Made by a program: the position numbers and the translations under genes. A DNA stretch of 64,000 nt, taken from assembly GCA_964187785.1 (NCBI GenBank), contig OZ076409.1, positions 60,142,001 through 60,206,000 on the forward strand. The letters run 5' to 3'. The notes beneath the pieces were generated by a model that was not told the DNA's origin, made no database searches, and was given only the letters and a program-made list of their open reading frames with translations. Source of the DNA: Amphiscolops sp. MND2022 (Eukaryota). The first letter of the stretch is position 1. Every line of letters begins with the position of its first letter. This document shows, piece by piece, positions 51,220 to 64,000 of the stretch.

Positions 51220-54200
51220 TTCTAACGGGCAGTAAGGAATCCTAGATAATGTCAGATGATTCGGAGTCAAAGAAGAAGCCGACGAGGATGTCTACCAAAA
51301 AGTTGTTGATGTTGCTATAAATATGAGACACAAAATTTCAAAAACAGTTATCAAAATATGTCACCGGGCACCTTGCAGAAACTTGGAAAAAGATGAAGGA
51401 CGCCCTACCACTGTAAAATTTGTACGCCGACAAACAATAAGTGGGCTGATGGCGCACAAACAATCAATGAAACAGTGTGAAGATAAAATCTTTGTCAACG
51501 AGGACATCACTTTGTTGAGGGCGCAATTAGCCAAAGCGTTACAATTGCCAGCCGATATCAAATCTGTACCAATTTAAACTAGGAATTGGTCATTTATAAA
51601 ACTGATAATCCAAAATTACTTTTAAGAATCTGTTCAAGTTATTTGAATGGGATCCACAGACGAGCTTACATTTGTGTTAGCGGGCCCTCTCACTTATACG
51701 CTAAAATGTAAACAAATACCTCGTAAACGTGAAAACGTTTGCAAAACTGTTACGTCTGATAATGTTGAAAACGAATGGATTCGACACAAAAATGTGAGAT
51801 CAATTGACAACCGTTTTGAGGAAATGGCAACATTGATAGAACCTTTTGGTGTCAATAATAAATCACAGGACTGCTGCTCCGATACGTGGATGGTTGAATC
51901 ATTTGCTGAAGACCTTCATGTTTTATATAAATATGCACCAATGAAAACAAAAGAGACTAGAAAAGAAGGTATGGCAAAATATGTCCGTGAATCACTCTCT
52001 CTTGAGATAATGGAATTTGACACTGGAAATGATTTGAATTAAATTGTAATCAGATGTACCAATCTAAAAAAGGAAAAATTTTATGTAGTTTGTTTATACA
52101 ATCCCCCTTCGGTCGATAAACAATACTTCTTGGAGCACATTGAAATTCTTCTTGAAAGTTGTTGTCAGATGAGCAACTGTTTTCTTGTTTCTGACATGAA
52201 TATCAATGAACTTGAAACATCTGCCATTGGAAATAAGTATTTAAACTCCTTGAAAATCAGTGGGTATTATCAAGGTACCAAAAAATCTACACTGAGAGTC
52301 ACGTCCTGATCACACAGTACATATTGATTACCTAAGCACTCTTGAGTTTGGTGTCAACAAAACCAAAATAACCCATCATCGTGCAACTTATGTCCAAATG
52401 GATAAAACAATAATTCAATCCATTCAATTTAACAAACCAGGGAAACAGTGCCATTTTTTCTAAAGGGGTTTCTTAAAAAAATACTCAAACTATTGTAGGC
52501 ATTGCCTGGAACTATCAAATTTAAAACAGGACGACGATTGGTTAACTGAAAGTCTGGCTGATGCACTCACAACAGTCGTCATCGTTATCACTTTGAAGTA
52601 AAAAGAAAAACATGAGAAGAATCCAAAAAAAACTTACTTTGACAAAGATGTAAAGAAAAGCATAATCCGACGAAATTTCGCGTTTAAGAGATACAAGTGA
52701 TATCGCACTCCGTCCAACTAAACAAAATACACGAAAATGAGAGATCGGGTCTGCGAATTCTTGCGGTCGGAGGAACGCGAATAATTGGTTGATCGAGTTA
52801 CCTGGTTTTTCAATTCGCCGAACGCTTTTTCAATGAATTGAATTGACTAACTCGTAGACGGAAGAAGAACGGTATTTTTTTAATCGCAGACAATGAAAAC
52901 AATTTGAACACAAATGATTTTGCCGTATCAAACTTGTTCTATGAGAAGTTCGTTTCGATAAGCAAAACATTAGCCGCTCCAATTCCCACTCTCACATTCA
53001 CTACTGAAGGAATATCATTGAAGGAGAAGTCTTTCTTTTTCTATCCAACTGACTCCCTGGAAATCGCTAAAGCTGTACGCAATCTTAAGAAGCGTAAAAC
53101 GGCTGGATTAGATGGGCTAACAACTGAATTTTCAAAGATTAGTCTTGATGTGATTTGTGATAGGCTGACGTACCTTGTCTACGAGTCATTGTCAAGTGGT
53201 GTTTTCCCGACAATTTTTAGTGCTGCGAAAGTGGTTCCAATGTTGAATGTGGGAAAAAGAGCAATTGCCAGAAATTTAGACCCATATCAATTTTAACGGT
53301 TGTGAACAAAATCTTTGAGCTGGTACGTTTCGAAAGACTGTGTAAATTCATGCAAATAAACAATCTTTTCTATTGTCGCCAATTCTGATTCAGATCAAAA
53401 ATGAGTATACTGCATACAATAACGGACATAACGGAACTGATCCAGAAAAATATCCATCTTGATGTATCCTGTATGCTCTCAGATCTGAGAAATACTTTTA
53501 ATACAAACAATAATGAAGTCCTTTTTTTTCAAATGGAGAGATATGGTGGAGAGGTATTTGTTTGAAATGGTTCAGGTGGTATCTCAATGATCGTACCCAA
53601 TGCGTTGCTAGTAATCATCCGTATTCAAATACCCTAGCTCTTGAGTGTGGAGTACCATTTTATGACCGCTATTGTTTTCTAACTTACGTCAAGGATTTTC
53701 CAAGCTCTTGTGATGATATTGTACCATTCTTGTACGCAGTTGATACTAACTGTGTTTATATTCGACTAAAAAATGCTACGACGACACTTCAAGATAAAGT
53801 TGAGCATATACCGTCGTGGATGGCAAAAAAGTAAATTAAGCCATTTTGGAAAAACTTAACTGGTGCACTTCTTTCATTCTGTCGGAACGATAGTGTAAAA
53901 ATGCCAAACACTATTAAATTGCCAACCAAATCTGTGAATTATCTGGGTGTTCATCTGGACAAAAATTTGACATTCGTAGCCCATGTTCGAAGTGTACTGG
54001 GTGAAATGGCTAAACATGTATCATTGGTAATGGAGTTGAAACATTTTTGAAAAAGTTCAATAGTGGTCAGATATCATAACATTTACATGGAGCCTATCAT
54101 CCAATACGGTATTTTAGTATACCGTTGCACGGGGGAAAGTAAATTGAAGGACATACTACTGCTGCAAAAGAAAGTATTTTTCGAGTTATTTGTTTCAAAA

Positions 54201-54540
54201 ACCGAAGATATTTGTCCGATGTGATGTCCGAACGAACCGTATAATGAATGTTTATGATATTTGTGTTTGTGATGTTTGAAATACGCTGTTCATTCAACGA
54301 GAGGCAAAATTGATAAAAGTGATGAAAGTCTTTCCTCATAAGAGCTCATCGATTTTCACACGAAGTGTTAGCACGTACCGCTGAAATGTTTCATGTACCG
54401 CAGCAATGATTGGAAGTTCATCGACAGTCTCTGAAGTATCGTGGAACGTTACTACTGAATCACTTTCTGAGGAAAAAATTTTTGCCTCCTGATTACAAGA
54501 TATGCGAAAGTCGAGCGCTTAGTAAAAGTCTCCTTAACAT
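51220..54540 (+). mobile_element. Decayed CR1/L2-group LINE (ORF1, APE and RT)
   Basis: ORF1 FGVKEE..CHR..RPTTVKF..IFVNEDIT; APE NVRSI, DTW, LYNPP, DMNIN; RT AGLDGL, AKVVP, RPISIL, WFRWYLNDRTQCV, GVP, YAVDT, YLGVHLDKNLTF. Confidence 0.85.
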
Positions 54541-55229
54541 TTAAAACCGAAAGAATAGTGATTGTCTGGCTCATAGTTTTTGTATGGAGGCCTGGTTAAG
54601 GATGGTCCTCTCTTGTGTTAGTATTTCTATTTTGAGAAAGCTCATTTACCACATGCCGCGAAAGTGGAAATTATCATCAAGTGAAATTTGTATTTTTACG
54701 AGAGCGAACCGTATTCCAGTCAAACAGAGCATCGTGTTCATCGCGGATTGTGATGCACAGTAAAATCAGAAATTGCGGATTTTGGTCATTGAGCGTAATT
54801 AGAGAAAAGTGGAAACCAGTCAAGAACTTTCAACCTACAAAAGATTCCCTGTATTTGATTTATGTAATTACAATAAAGTATAGAAATTACATATAATATA
54901 CAAAATCATCAAAAACGTGTGACTGGGACAAAGCTCAAAAGATTAGGTCTTTCAACAGCGTAAGGTATTCGGGATTTGATCTCACTGATACAACCGGTGG
55001 TTCAAGTCGTTTGCGCCTGAGAGGTCGCCCAGTTGAAAACCTCAGGCTGAAACAAATTAAACACATTGAACAACTGAACCAGTTCATTGGATATTGCACT
55101 TAAATGGCACCTATAGATTTAGACTGATTACCATTGTACAAAAATATCGCACTTGATAATCACGAGGTTAGAAAGAAAATGAAGAATGCTTCAGAGTGGA
55201 AAAAAGTCAAATTTATCTCTAACTTGCAC

Positions 55230-55521
55230 ACTTTGATTGTTTTTCACTTTCAAAGTGAATTCCAGTCAAAATGTGTACCAGGTAAAAGTGTAAAATAATC
55301 ATTTTCCTCCTTCGTGTGTGAAGTGGAAATCAGTTATAGTACGTAATTGCAGAGAGTGTAAAGTAGTAATTTACTGTATTTTGATCATTACGCGTAACAC
55401 CAAATAACAGAGTGTAACGAGCAAAACAAATAACGCGTATTTAGAATAATGACGCGTTTTCATTGGCAGTTAATCGAACTAGCAAGACCTTTTTAATCCG
55501 TTGCGGCATATGTATCGCAAT
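55230..55521 (+). mobile_element. Repeat family B copy
   Basis: Homologous to 18150-18305 (reverse) and 21340-21563. GTGTAAA.TA.T subrepeats. Confidence 0.6.
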
Positions 55522-55699
55522 GTCAGCGAAACACATTTATGATCAGACGAGCGAGGAGTCAAAACAACCTGATATCACCAAGTCTGAGCGTGAAATGCAG
55601 TTTAATTTTAGCGAAGAGAACTGTCGACTACAGGCCGATAATCCTTTGAAAAAATTTATAGAATCAAACTTGGTCATGTTTTGTAGGTAACATGACTAG

Positions 55700-57420
55700 C
55701 ACCTCAGTCACAAATCGTAGTTTTTTTCTTTAATGCACAGGGCATTTTGACATCTGAAAGACGGCTCAGACTCACGAAACTTTAAGCTACCAATAACCCC
55801 ACTTTGATTTGCCTCACGGAAACCTGGCTCGATTCTTCTGTTGAAAACAAGTCGTTGTTTTCCAACCTCCCTTACAGTGTAATCTCCAGAAGTGATAGAC
55901 AAAAAGGTAAACATGGCTAAGTCCTCATTGCAGCTTCTCGCGCCTTCATCACAAAAACAGAAGTCGTGTTCGAGATTTCAGGAAGTTATTTTTGTTCTTG
56001 TCTTTTTCAAAGCTAACCATGGTACCTTGGAGTAATCCTGTTTTACATACCTGATCGGACACCAGATCTCCATGTCGATTATTCTGAGGTCATCATGGAT
56101 TTGAATTGTATAACAGGAGAATTCGAGAGAATCATTCCGTTAGCGTGCCATTCTAAGGAAGTACTTGTTCTCGGTGACTTCAACTTTTGAAAAGCTTGCT
56201 TGTTGGGACACTGCGTTCTCAACCCTCTTAGACGAACAATCATTATTAGACTTTTTTGTGTCGACACTTCACTTTGTTGCCTAGAAATTGTCAAAAACGT
56301 CTCAAACGTTTTTTGTTCTACTCGTCCCACACCGTACATCAAATCAACAAATCAAGTTCAGCAGAGCGTTGCTCCGCCCCAGCAACAGTCCTTAAAACGT
56401 TATCTAGTGATCTGATCGAAATAGATAACCTGTATATCTGTGCATATTTACAACGTGCACCATACACGACACCAAGCTGACTTGTTCAACCGTTTTTTTT
56501 GCTCGGTGTATAACAAATCCCGTGAGGAAACTGTCCATCACCAAGCTGATATCGCCTCAGTTTTCTTGAGTGATTTGCATTTTTCAATTGAAATCATCAG
56601 AAAACATCCTGAAAAAGGTCCCCGATCAACAAACGAACCACCTGCCGATGGAAAACCTTCTGTTTTTCTAAATACCATGTGTGAACATCTTGCTCCATTG
56701 GTCTACCTATTTTTCACCTACACAACGTCAACACTCAGTTGGTTCGATATCTGGAACTGAGCCTTTGTAACACCAATTCAAAAAAGGGAAGCCGTAGTGA
56801 TATTCAAAGTTACAAGCCAGTCTCGATTCTACCCAGGCTCTCGCCGATATTCAAAAACTGGTAATCGACTTGATTTATAGTAAACTCCGAAACAAACTAA
56901 ACTATCGCCAGCATGGTTTCTAACGTGGTGAATCCACTAGTACTCAGCTGATCGCATTCTTAGATGAGCGGTATCAGAATGTGGACATCAACGAAGAGCA
57001 AATAGTGTTTAACTTGAAGATTCAAAAGGCTTTCGACTCAGTTTATCATGCAACCCTCCCTGACAGACTCTCATTGTTTGGTTTCGATGACAGCCTGCTC
57101 AGACTCAATCACTCATATCTGACATGTAGGACTCAAAGAGTTACAATTGACGACACACCATCAACTGCTGGTGAAGTTTCAAGTGGAGTTCCTCAGGGAA
57201 GTGTTGTGGTGGGTCCTCTCTTTTTTTTCACTTCATATAGATGACATGCTCCCTCTTCCAGAACTCCCCCACTGCTACTGCTTCGCTGATGATACTAAAA
57301 TCTGCTCAAGTGTTGATCCTGAATAGCTCCATTCAGATCGGAGCACAATGTCTCTCTGGGCTTATGAAAACCACTTGACATTTCCTAAAGACAAATGCTG
57401 TACCTTGCATTTTTAGAAAA
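55700..57420 (+). mobile_element. Second decayed CR1/L2-group LINE (APE and RT fragments)
   Basis: ICLTETWL, RSDR, VLVLGDFN; ADLFNRFFCSVY, QKAFDSV, SYLTCRTQRV, SGVPQGSV, FADDTK. Confidence 0.85.
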
Positions 57421-57548
57421 CGAAATAATGCTCATATTTTGACCAAACTTGTCAATGCGACAGAAAGTTTCAGTTTTTTGCGACACTCTGTGCCCCATCA
57501 AGTTCTTCGAGAGTGATATTGAGCCTCTTTCTCAGAAGTGATGCAATG

Positions 57549-59556
57549 ATTATTAATTGAATTGACTGTTGGGATGACAGAAATGAATTTGCAAGCGATA
57601 TATTTACTAATGTTTAGTCCAATCTGCCCATTATTTTTGTGAATACGTCCGCCATGTTGTCAGCTGATGAGACAAACTTCAAGTGAACTTTGTGCTCGCT
57701 GCACTTGACCGTGTCCTTGAGGAACGCTAGGCGGATAGCGAAATGTTTCAACTTGTAGCTACCATCGTCCTTCGAGACCAGTGCCAGACAAGATTGGGAG
57801 TTGCTAAGACTAGTTGCTCGTTTCGTCTCGCCAATGCACTCCAGAATCCCTTGTAAGTGAAGTGCTTCCTTGACCGCTTCGCTCAGTGCGTGAACGCTCT
57901 GTCGTTGATGTGGCGACGCATGTCTGTTTCTTCGCTGACAAAGAGAGTGCGCCAATCCATTAGCTGAAACAGGATCCAGTAACACTTTTGCGGTCGTCCT
58001 TGCAGCTCGCATAGTCCGCGTACAAGTACCCTGTTAAGTGTGCCTCTCAGATCCGCCAGGTATGTGATGCCCACGTCTTCAGTGCCCCCAAGGTACCGCA
58101 ACACATGTTTTGCCGCCTGCCAGTGAACCACACTAGGTTTCTTGAGGAACATTGCCAAGAGACGAGCTGTAAATCCCAGGTCAGGTCTCGTTCTCATCGC
58201 CAAGTGGGCGATGCTTCCCACTAGTCCTCGGTAATTGCATTCAGTTGACTTAGAAGCACCCTCTGAGCCGTCTTACGACTGGTCGTCTTTGCTGAGCGAA
58301 TATTTCTCTGGTAAGGCACGTTCGATATGGACAGCTTGTGGCTCAATGTCAAATAGTTTTGCTCTGCTTCCAAATGCAATGCCCGGGAACGACGCAAGAG
58401 CGCCAAAGTCTCCAATTGTGAACTTTTTGGCGACCTCTGCCTCAAACTACAGTCCAACGTCCTCGCCGATTGAACCGTAGACGAAATCGTCACCCCACAC
58501 CAACGCCCAGCAATGATGGTCGCCCCTAGTCTCCTAGTCTGTGTCCAAAGACACTTGTCGTGCTACGAACAATGAAACCCCAGTTGCTCCATTCGATGCG
58601 ATAGGCACTCGTACCATCTGCGCCCTGAAGGTTTGAGCCCGTACAACGATCTCTTCAGTTTACAGACCACCTTGCCGTCGCCCTGCTTCAACCTTTATGG
58701 CTGCTCCAGAAATATATTTTCGTCTATGGATGCCTTGAGGTATGCTGTCTTTATGTCCATTTGTCGGAACCCTTCACGTCAAGTCGACCAGTGTCATCAG
58801 GGAGTGTCGTCTCCGCGCATCTATCAAGAGTCATGACAGATGTAACGTCTCCTCGAAAGCAGTCCATGTTGAACGTCAGTTTTATTGATGCCCACATCTT
58901 GGCTCGGAGTTGACCCTTTTGTGGTCCGAAGTTGAGAACCCTGGCGATGCTCTCCAAGTTGGAGGTAGGCCCTTCAACACCATTACGCTGAACATTGAAT
59001 TCGAAGTCATTTCGCATACTTCGTGAAAGCCCAGTCGTGTTCCCTCAGCTCTGGTGAGGTAGTCGGTCACCTTCTCTCCTTGTGCCATCTTCAATCCAGC
59101 CAACTGAGCGAGCAACGTCTGAATGCGGGGGCTCTCGGTACTGCGGTGCTTCCCCACAATGGCTTTCCAAGCTTCCACCAGGTCTGGTTTGTGTGTCGTG
59201 TTTCTCGTTGATCAAAACGCTTTTCTATAAAGGTTAGTATTCTGTAGACGGCAGTTATCAAAGCACATATCAAAGTGACATCGACATCTAAAATAAAACA
59301 TAAGTCAATTAGAGCAATATATAATAAAGGCATAATTCAGTATACACAACATTGTGAAGGCGGATGAAGTTGATTCCAGCCTTGTCCAAGCACTGAACAA
59401 GCTCGTACCAGACCATGAAGCGCTGCTTCTTCCGCTCGTCCTCTGCTTTGACTCTGGCAACTTTTCTCCTCCTCTCGTCCTATTATGAGATTCATCGTCC
59501 TGATTAATAATTGAATTGATTGTTGGGATGACACAAGTGAAAATGCAAGCGTTAAA
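57549..59556 (-). mobile_element. Internally deleted Ty1/Copia element (gag, RT, RNase H)
   Basis: UBN2-like gag LKMAQGEKVTDYLTRA..VLKGLP; RT QMDIKTAYL, KLKRSLYGLK, TRPDL..HWQAAKHVLRYL.GT; RH DDRKSVTG, NMADVFTK. ~50-bp direct repeats at 57549-57600 and 59502-59556. No PR or IN seen. Confidence 0.85.
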
Positions 59557-59926
59557 TAGAGTAATGTTTACAGGTCACTGGAGGTGCCAGGAAAAGTACA
59601 AATCAGTTTACTGTCTAGTAGGTACCCATTTAGTCTGCTCTCTATTTCGACTTCAATTGTTTCATCGGGTGTCGGTCAGCTGGTCAGCTCTCAGCCATCT
59701 AAACCTGACACCCTTTCAGTCGTGTGTTGTTTCCATCATTTCATTTTGTTCTTCATGGTCTGCAAACAGGCTTCTCAAACTGAAACTCAAACTTTCAAAA
59801 TCAAACTCAAACATTCAAACTTTTAGGTTTCAAACTCAAATTCAAACCAAACTTCATTATATTGTCAAACTCAAACCCAAACTCAAGCTCACGAAAAATG
59901 TTCAAACAGTTTGAGTTGTTTGACTA

Positions 59927-60662
59927 TATCTTAATATATCGCAGATGGCTATAATTTTTTTCATTTTTATTAAAATTTTAGCAAGGTGATTCAAACATTT
60001 TATTTTTAGATCGTATGGTATGGGCAAGTCGTCTCCGAAGGAAGACTGGCGTCCACTTGCAACCAAAAATCCGCAGCTCAGGGGAAGCTTGAACCTGCTA
60101 CTTATATAAAAGATCGAATAATCCAAATTCTGCAGAAATTTGGCATTGGAAATTTTGACCGATTCGTTTGCGTTATGTCATTCGTTTCACGTTCTCAATA
60201 TTCTCGCTAAGAAGCTAATTGGAATTGACGCAGATTTTTCTGTTCCCGAAGATGATGAAACTGGAGCTGAATTGGACGACATTTTTGCGTTAGGTTATCT
60301 TAATATATCGCAGATGGCTATAATTTTTTCATTTTTATTAAAATTTTAGCAAGGTGATTCAAACATTTTGTTTTTAGATCGTATGGTATGGGCAAGTCGT
60401 CTCCGAAGGAAGAATGGCGTCCACTTGCAACCAAAAATCCGCAGCTCAGGGGAAGCTTGAACCTGCTACTTATATGAAAGATCGCATAATCGAAATTCTG
60501 CAGAAATTTGGCATTGGAAATTTTGACCGATTCGTTTGCGTTATGTCATTCGTTTCACGTTCTCAATATTCTCGCTAAGAAGCTAGTTGGAATTGACGCA
60601 GATTTTTCTGTTCCCGAAGATGATGAAACTGGAGCTGAATTGGACGACATTTTTGCGTTAGG
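59927..60662 (+). repeat. ~368-bp tandem duplication inside the hAT element
   Basis: 59927-60294 and 60296-60662 are nearly identical. ORFs 60140 and 60508 share the same N-terminus. Confidence 0.92.
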
Positions 60663-61482
60663 GGTCTCAGGAGAAGTCAAAACTGCTGTTAAAGGCCTCA
60701 AAAAACCGTCAAATCTTCAGGATTTTCTAGCAATTCAAAAGATAAAACAACCAGAATTGAAATCATCACCGTTGAAGCCAATGCTCGCAAATGCAACAAG
60801 ATGGAATTCTACTCATCTCATGCTTAATCGATTTTTAGTTTTGCAAAAGTCCATTACCGCGTTTACTCAGAATAGTTATAATTGGGACGAAATCAAGAAG
60901 CTAAGAGATTTACTTCATCCATTGTACGAGGTAACCATGAAACTGCATAGTGGAATTGAGAAATCTGCTCACCCGTTTGATTTTTATATTCAGTGCGTTG
61001 ATTACATTCGATCATTATTGCAACAAGAAAAGTCTCTGACCGACGTTAGGATACCCGTTATGCAGCTTCTTATCAAGTGGTGTGGTAACGTTGTCATACA
61101 AGCATTTAAGGAATCTGGTCCATTGTATGACAAATTGATTGGTATGGTATCTGAAGTCGATAATTCGCCAAATTCAAGGGCTGACGATCATCCGTATACT
61201 GCCGATTTGAATAGTTCATTTGACGCCTATTTAGCGAAGCAAGGGAATTGTCCAGTTGATCAATTGGTTACGTCAATTTTGGCTGATATTCCCGTTTCAA
61301 ATTCTGATTTGGAACGTTTATTCAGTTATGCAAAGTTTCTGAAAACTTCAATTCAAAGTCGCATGGATCCAGAGACTTTTACTCGTAACGTCTTTCTGAA
61401 GATGACTGAGGAGCTAACTTTGGTTGTTAGTATGAACACTGCCGCGCCAAAGGTGCTAACTCCAATTGTAATTGACAATTGA
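60508..61482 (+). CDS. hAT transposase C-terminal half (5'-truncated, uninterrupted frame)
   Basis: 324-aa ORF with HSFHVLNIL, NATRWNSTHLMLNRFL, LRDLLHPLYEVT and the dimerisation motif IPVSNSDLERLFS..QSRMDPE. Confidence 0.85.
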   Translation: MALEILTDSFALCHSFHVLNILAKKLVGIDADFSVPEDDETGAELDDIFALGVSGEVKTAVKGLKKPSNLQDFLAIQKIKQPELKSSPLKPMLANATRWNSTHLMLNRFLVLQKSITAFTQNSYNWDEIKKLRDLLHPLYEVTMKLHSGIEKSAHPFDFYIQCVDYIRSLLQQEKSLTDVRIPVMQLLIKWCGNVVIQAFKESGPLYDKLIGMVSEVDNSPNSRADDHPYTADLNSSFDAYLAKQGNCPVDQLVTSILADIPVSNSDLERLFSYAKFLKTSIQSRMDPETFTRNVFLKMTEELTLVVSMNTAAPKVLTPIVIDN

Positions 61483-62179
61483 AACCATGTGCCATGTGCC
61501 ATTCCATATTTTTTGTTGAAACATTTGTTGAAATTCCATATTGTTTGTTAAACGTTTTTGTTAAAATATTTGTAAAACATTTTTTGTTAAAACAATGTGT
61601 TTTATGCAAGTTACAAGAGGTGTTCGTTCATTATTCATAACAGTTTGTTACGTATTTGCCTAAATTTCAAACTATTTAACAATTTTCAAACTACCAAACT
61701 CAAACTCAAACTCTAAAATCAAATCAAACTCAAACTCAAACTATTTGGTTTCAAACATTCAAACTTCAAACCAGGTTGCTTCAAACGTTTGAAAACCCTG
61801 TCTTAGTACCCTGTACTAGTCTTACCCGCATAATGGGATCTTTGACCGACAAATAGTCTGAAATGGTGCTTTGGTAATAACTCCTACAGCTTCCTTCTCC
61901 ACACATCAGCAACAATGCAACAATGCCCATCGCCTATCAGAAAATAGAACGAGACTTGCGCTTGATCTCCGGCATCTCCTCTGGAGTCACGTGCATAAAT
62001 TTCCATGACCATTTTATCATAAAATGTGGCAACAGATCCTTGCGAAGTAATGTGAAACCCTAAGGAGTGTACTAATGGAATTAGATCTAACTGTTAGGTC
62101 TAAATTTCAGATCTAATTTTATCTAAAAGACTTAGGTCTAACCCCTTTATGATTCAATATGTGTTCTGAAAGCGAAAAT

Positions 62180-62405
62180 ATAATGTGGGGCATATGCGAT
62201 GTATGCACGCTCGCCCTCACCGTCGCAAAGACCAGCTTCCACTACGATCGCTTCCCTTGGGGCCGCTTATATTCCCATCTTGCTAAGCGAGGTCGAACAG
62301 GAGCAAAGACCTAGCGGGAACGGAGATCGCGAAGCGATCGTAGTGGGAGCTGGCCTTTGCGACGGTGAGGGCGAGCGTGCATACACCGTATATGCCCCGC
62401 ATTAT
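62180..62405. mobile_element. GC-rich foldback/MITE with ~75-bp inverted arms
   Basis: 62180-62254 is the reverse complement of 62331-62405 with about 5 transition mismatches and a ~76-bp spacer. Confidence 0.8.
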
Positions 62406-64000
62406 GATATTTCTCGGAGTTGACTTATTTATTCCGTGAGTTGGAATGGAGTTGGCCTAATTTTGTGGTCACTTGGCTTAAACTTTTTAAGCCAAGTGAC
62501 TCAAGAAAAAAATTAATCCAAATGGTATTAAGCCAAGTGACTAGTAACCAACATATCCGAGGCACGTTTTATACTTCATATCACTTTTTAGTTTTAGATC
62601 CTAATTGACTTGTTTTTTCCTCAAATTAGAAGAGATTTTCAGACCTCGTTATATAGATCAATTTATTTAGATCTCAGTTTTGCACCCTCTCTCAGATCTA
62701 TTTCATTAGACCTGATCCCACGTAGCCAAACCCAAACTCGTCGCGCCGATATTCAAGAGGAAAATAGTTCTTCAGTCGTTTTTCCCAAGAGTAACTCAAC
62801 TCGTCGATGATTTTCATGAGGGGGCTGTAAATAGGTCGAATTTTTGTGGTCGAAAGGACAGAGGTCGAACCTTTTGATCGAATTGCAGGGATCGAATGGA
62901 ATGCGGTCGAATTTTATCGTATTTGTTGTATGGCTCGGTCGCTTCGCTCCCTTCGCCAAGTAGCACCATTGAGGCATGGCCATATGGCACGTCGCTCCGC
63001 TTCGCTTCGCTCCTGCATTCAGGGGACTAGGGGTATGTGAGCATATCTGACTACGCTATAAATATTTCGATCCGAGTTGTTTCGATCCCATTCAAAAATT
63101 TGGTATGTCGACCTGAGGACTAACTCTGATTTTCGATCCCGTTCCTTCGACCTATTTCCGCCCACCCATTTTCATGAATCTACTGAAATGGACTTGATCA
63201 CTCCTTCGCATATTTTCAAAGACCATTTTCGACAGCACTTTCTATTTTTAACTCGAACTAAGTATGACTTGAACAGAACCTGTACTCGGCATATAAAATG
63301 TAAATGTTCTTTTTCTGTATCCTGAAAGCTTCTTTGATTTCTTTTTACTTATCTCTCCATCTGTATCTGTCCATGTGTAAACTCCCCAAGGGGTAAATTG
63401 AAGCCTATTACGACTACTATATTGTATTATGTATACACTACACCAAAGTAAATTAACTTCTCATTTCGTTGCAAACCACGGGTGTCTTCTCCCCACGACC
63501 TGATGACCCACATGGCACTTGATTGATGACGAAGATCCATATCTGATCTTTAAGCAAAAATTATCCTACTTCGAATTTTGAACGAATTGATGATCTTTGC
63601 AACAGGCTGCTATCCTATTTGACTGTTTCATTGTGGGATGCGTTCATTTCCCAGAAACTTGAAGTTTTTGAATTCTAACCGAAGCTAATCGTATTGGCAG
63701 AGTCGGCCGAGACCATGATGATATACACAATTGTGTATGTTATTGTTGTGGATTTTCAGCTTTCGCTGATAGGATGTCTCCCAATTTCTTTCTAACACGA
63801 ATATAGCGAATCAAGAGACACAATGGGAATTTTTGAATATAGATATAGTTGTCGCATCTGTTTGTGGTCATAACCGGCTGACCTAGTTGTCACTTGAGTG
63901 TGTCTTCGTTGTTTTTTTTTCGAACTGACTCAACCTTAGTTTGTCGGTAGCTCAAACATCGATATATTCCCGGACTGGGGCAAATGGCGAAGCCACTGGA

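Larger units (their letters stand above)
59767..61800 (+). mobile_element. hAT DNA transposon, internally deleted
   Basis: TIRs CAGGCTTCTCAAAC / GTTTGAAAACCCTG (12/14). Dense subterminal TCAAAC repeats at both ends. 8-bp flanks (TCTGCAAA/TCTTAGTA) do not match. Confidence 0.85.

Noticed and set aside
62930..63034. Helitron or MITE terminus (GCTTCGCT repeats, GACTAGGGTA)
   Set aside because: It resembles the TIR at 3567-3576, but no convincing partner end was found.

Overview
Eukaryotic, probably invertebrate animal, DNA made almost entirely of nested and mostly decayed transposable elements. I found no host gene, rRNA, intact tRNA or true CRISPR. The centrepiece is a complete 16.1-kb Ty3/Gypsy LTR retrotransposon (22866-39005; ~2.2-kb LTRs; perfect CCTGG TSD). 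Between pol and the 3' LTR it carries a ~5.4-kb accessory cassette. This cassette holds a 7-exon, 6-intron antisense gene (~1080 codons, hand-spliced with matching phases at all six junctions; probably a catalytically dead hAT-transposase derivative), a putative bidirectional promoter, and a sense ORF with a SIM-like motif and NLS. Its gag starts inside the LTR, and gag/pol are joined by a -1 slippery site with a predicted pseudoknot. The window also holds a full-length decayed BEL/Pao element (4193-11080), BEL, Copia and GalEa-like remnants, a CRE-clade LINE, two CR1/L2-type LINEs, an internally deleted hAT element, pogo/Tc1-like ends, MITEs, two Helentron-like non-autonomous families and a ~50-bp-period motif array. 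All calls come from manual reading and translation; no searches were run.
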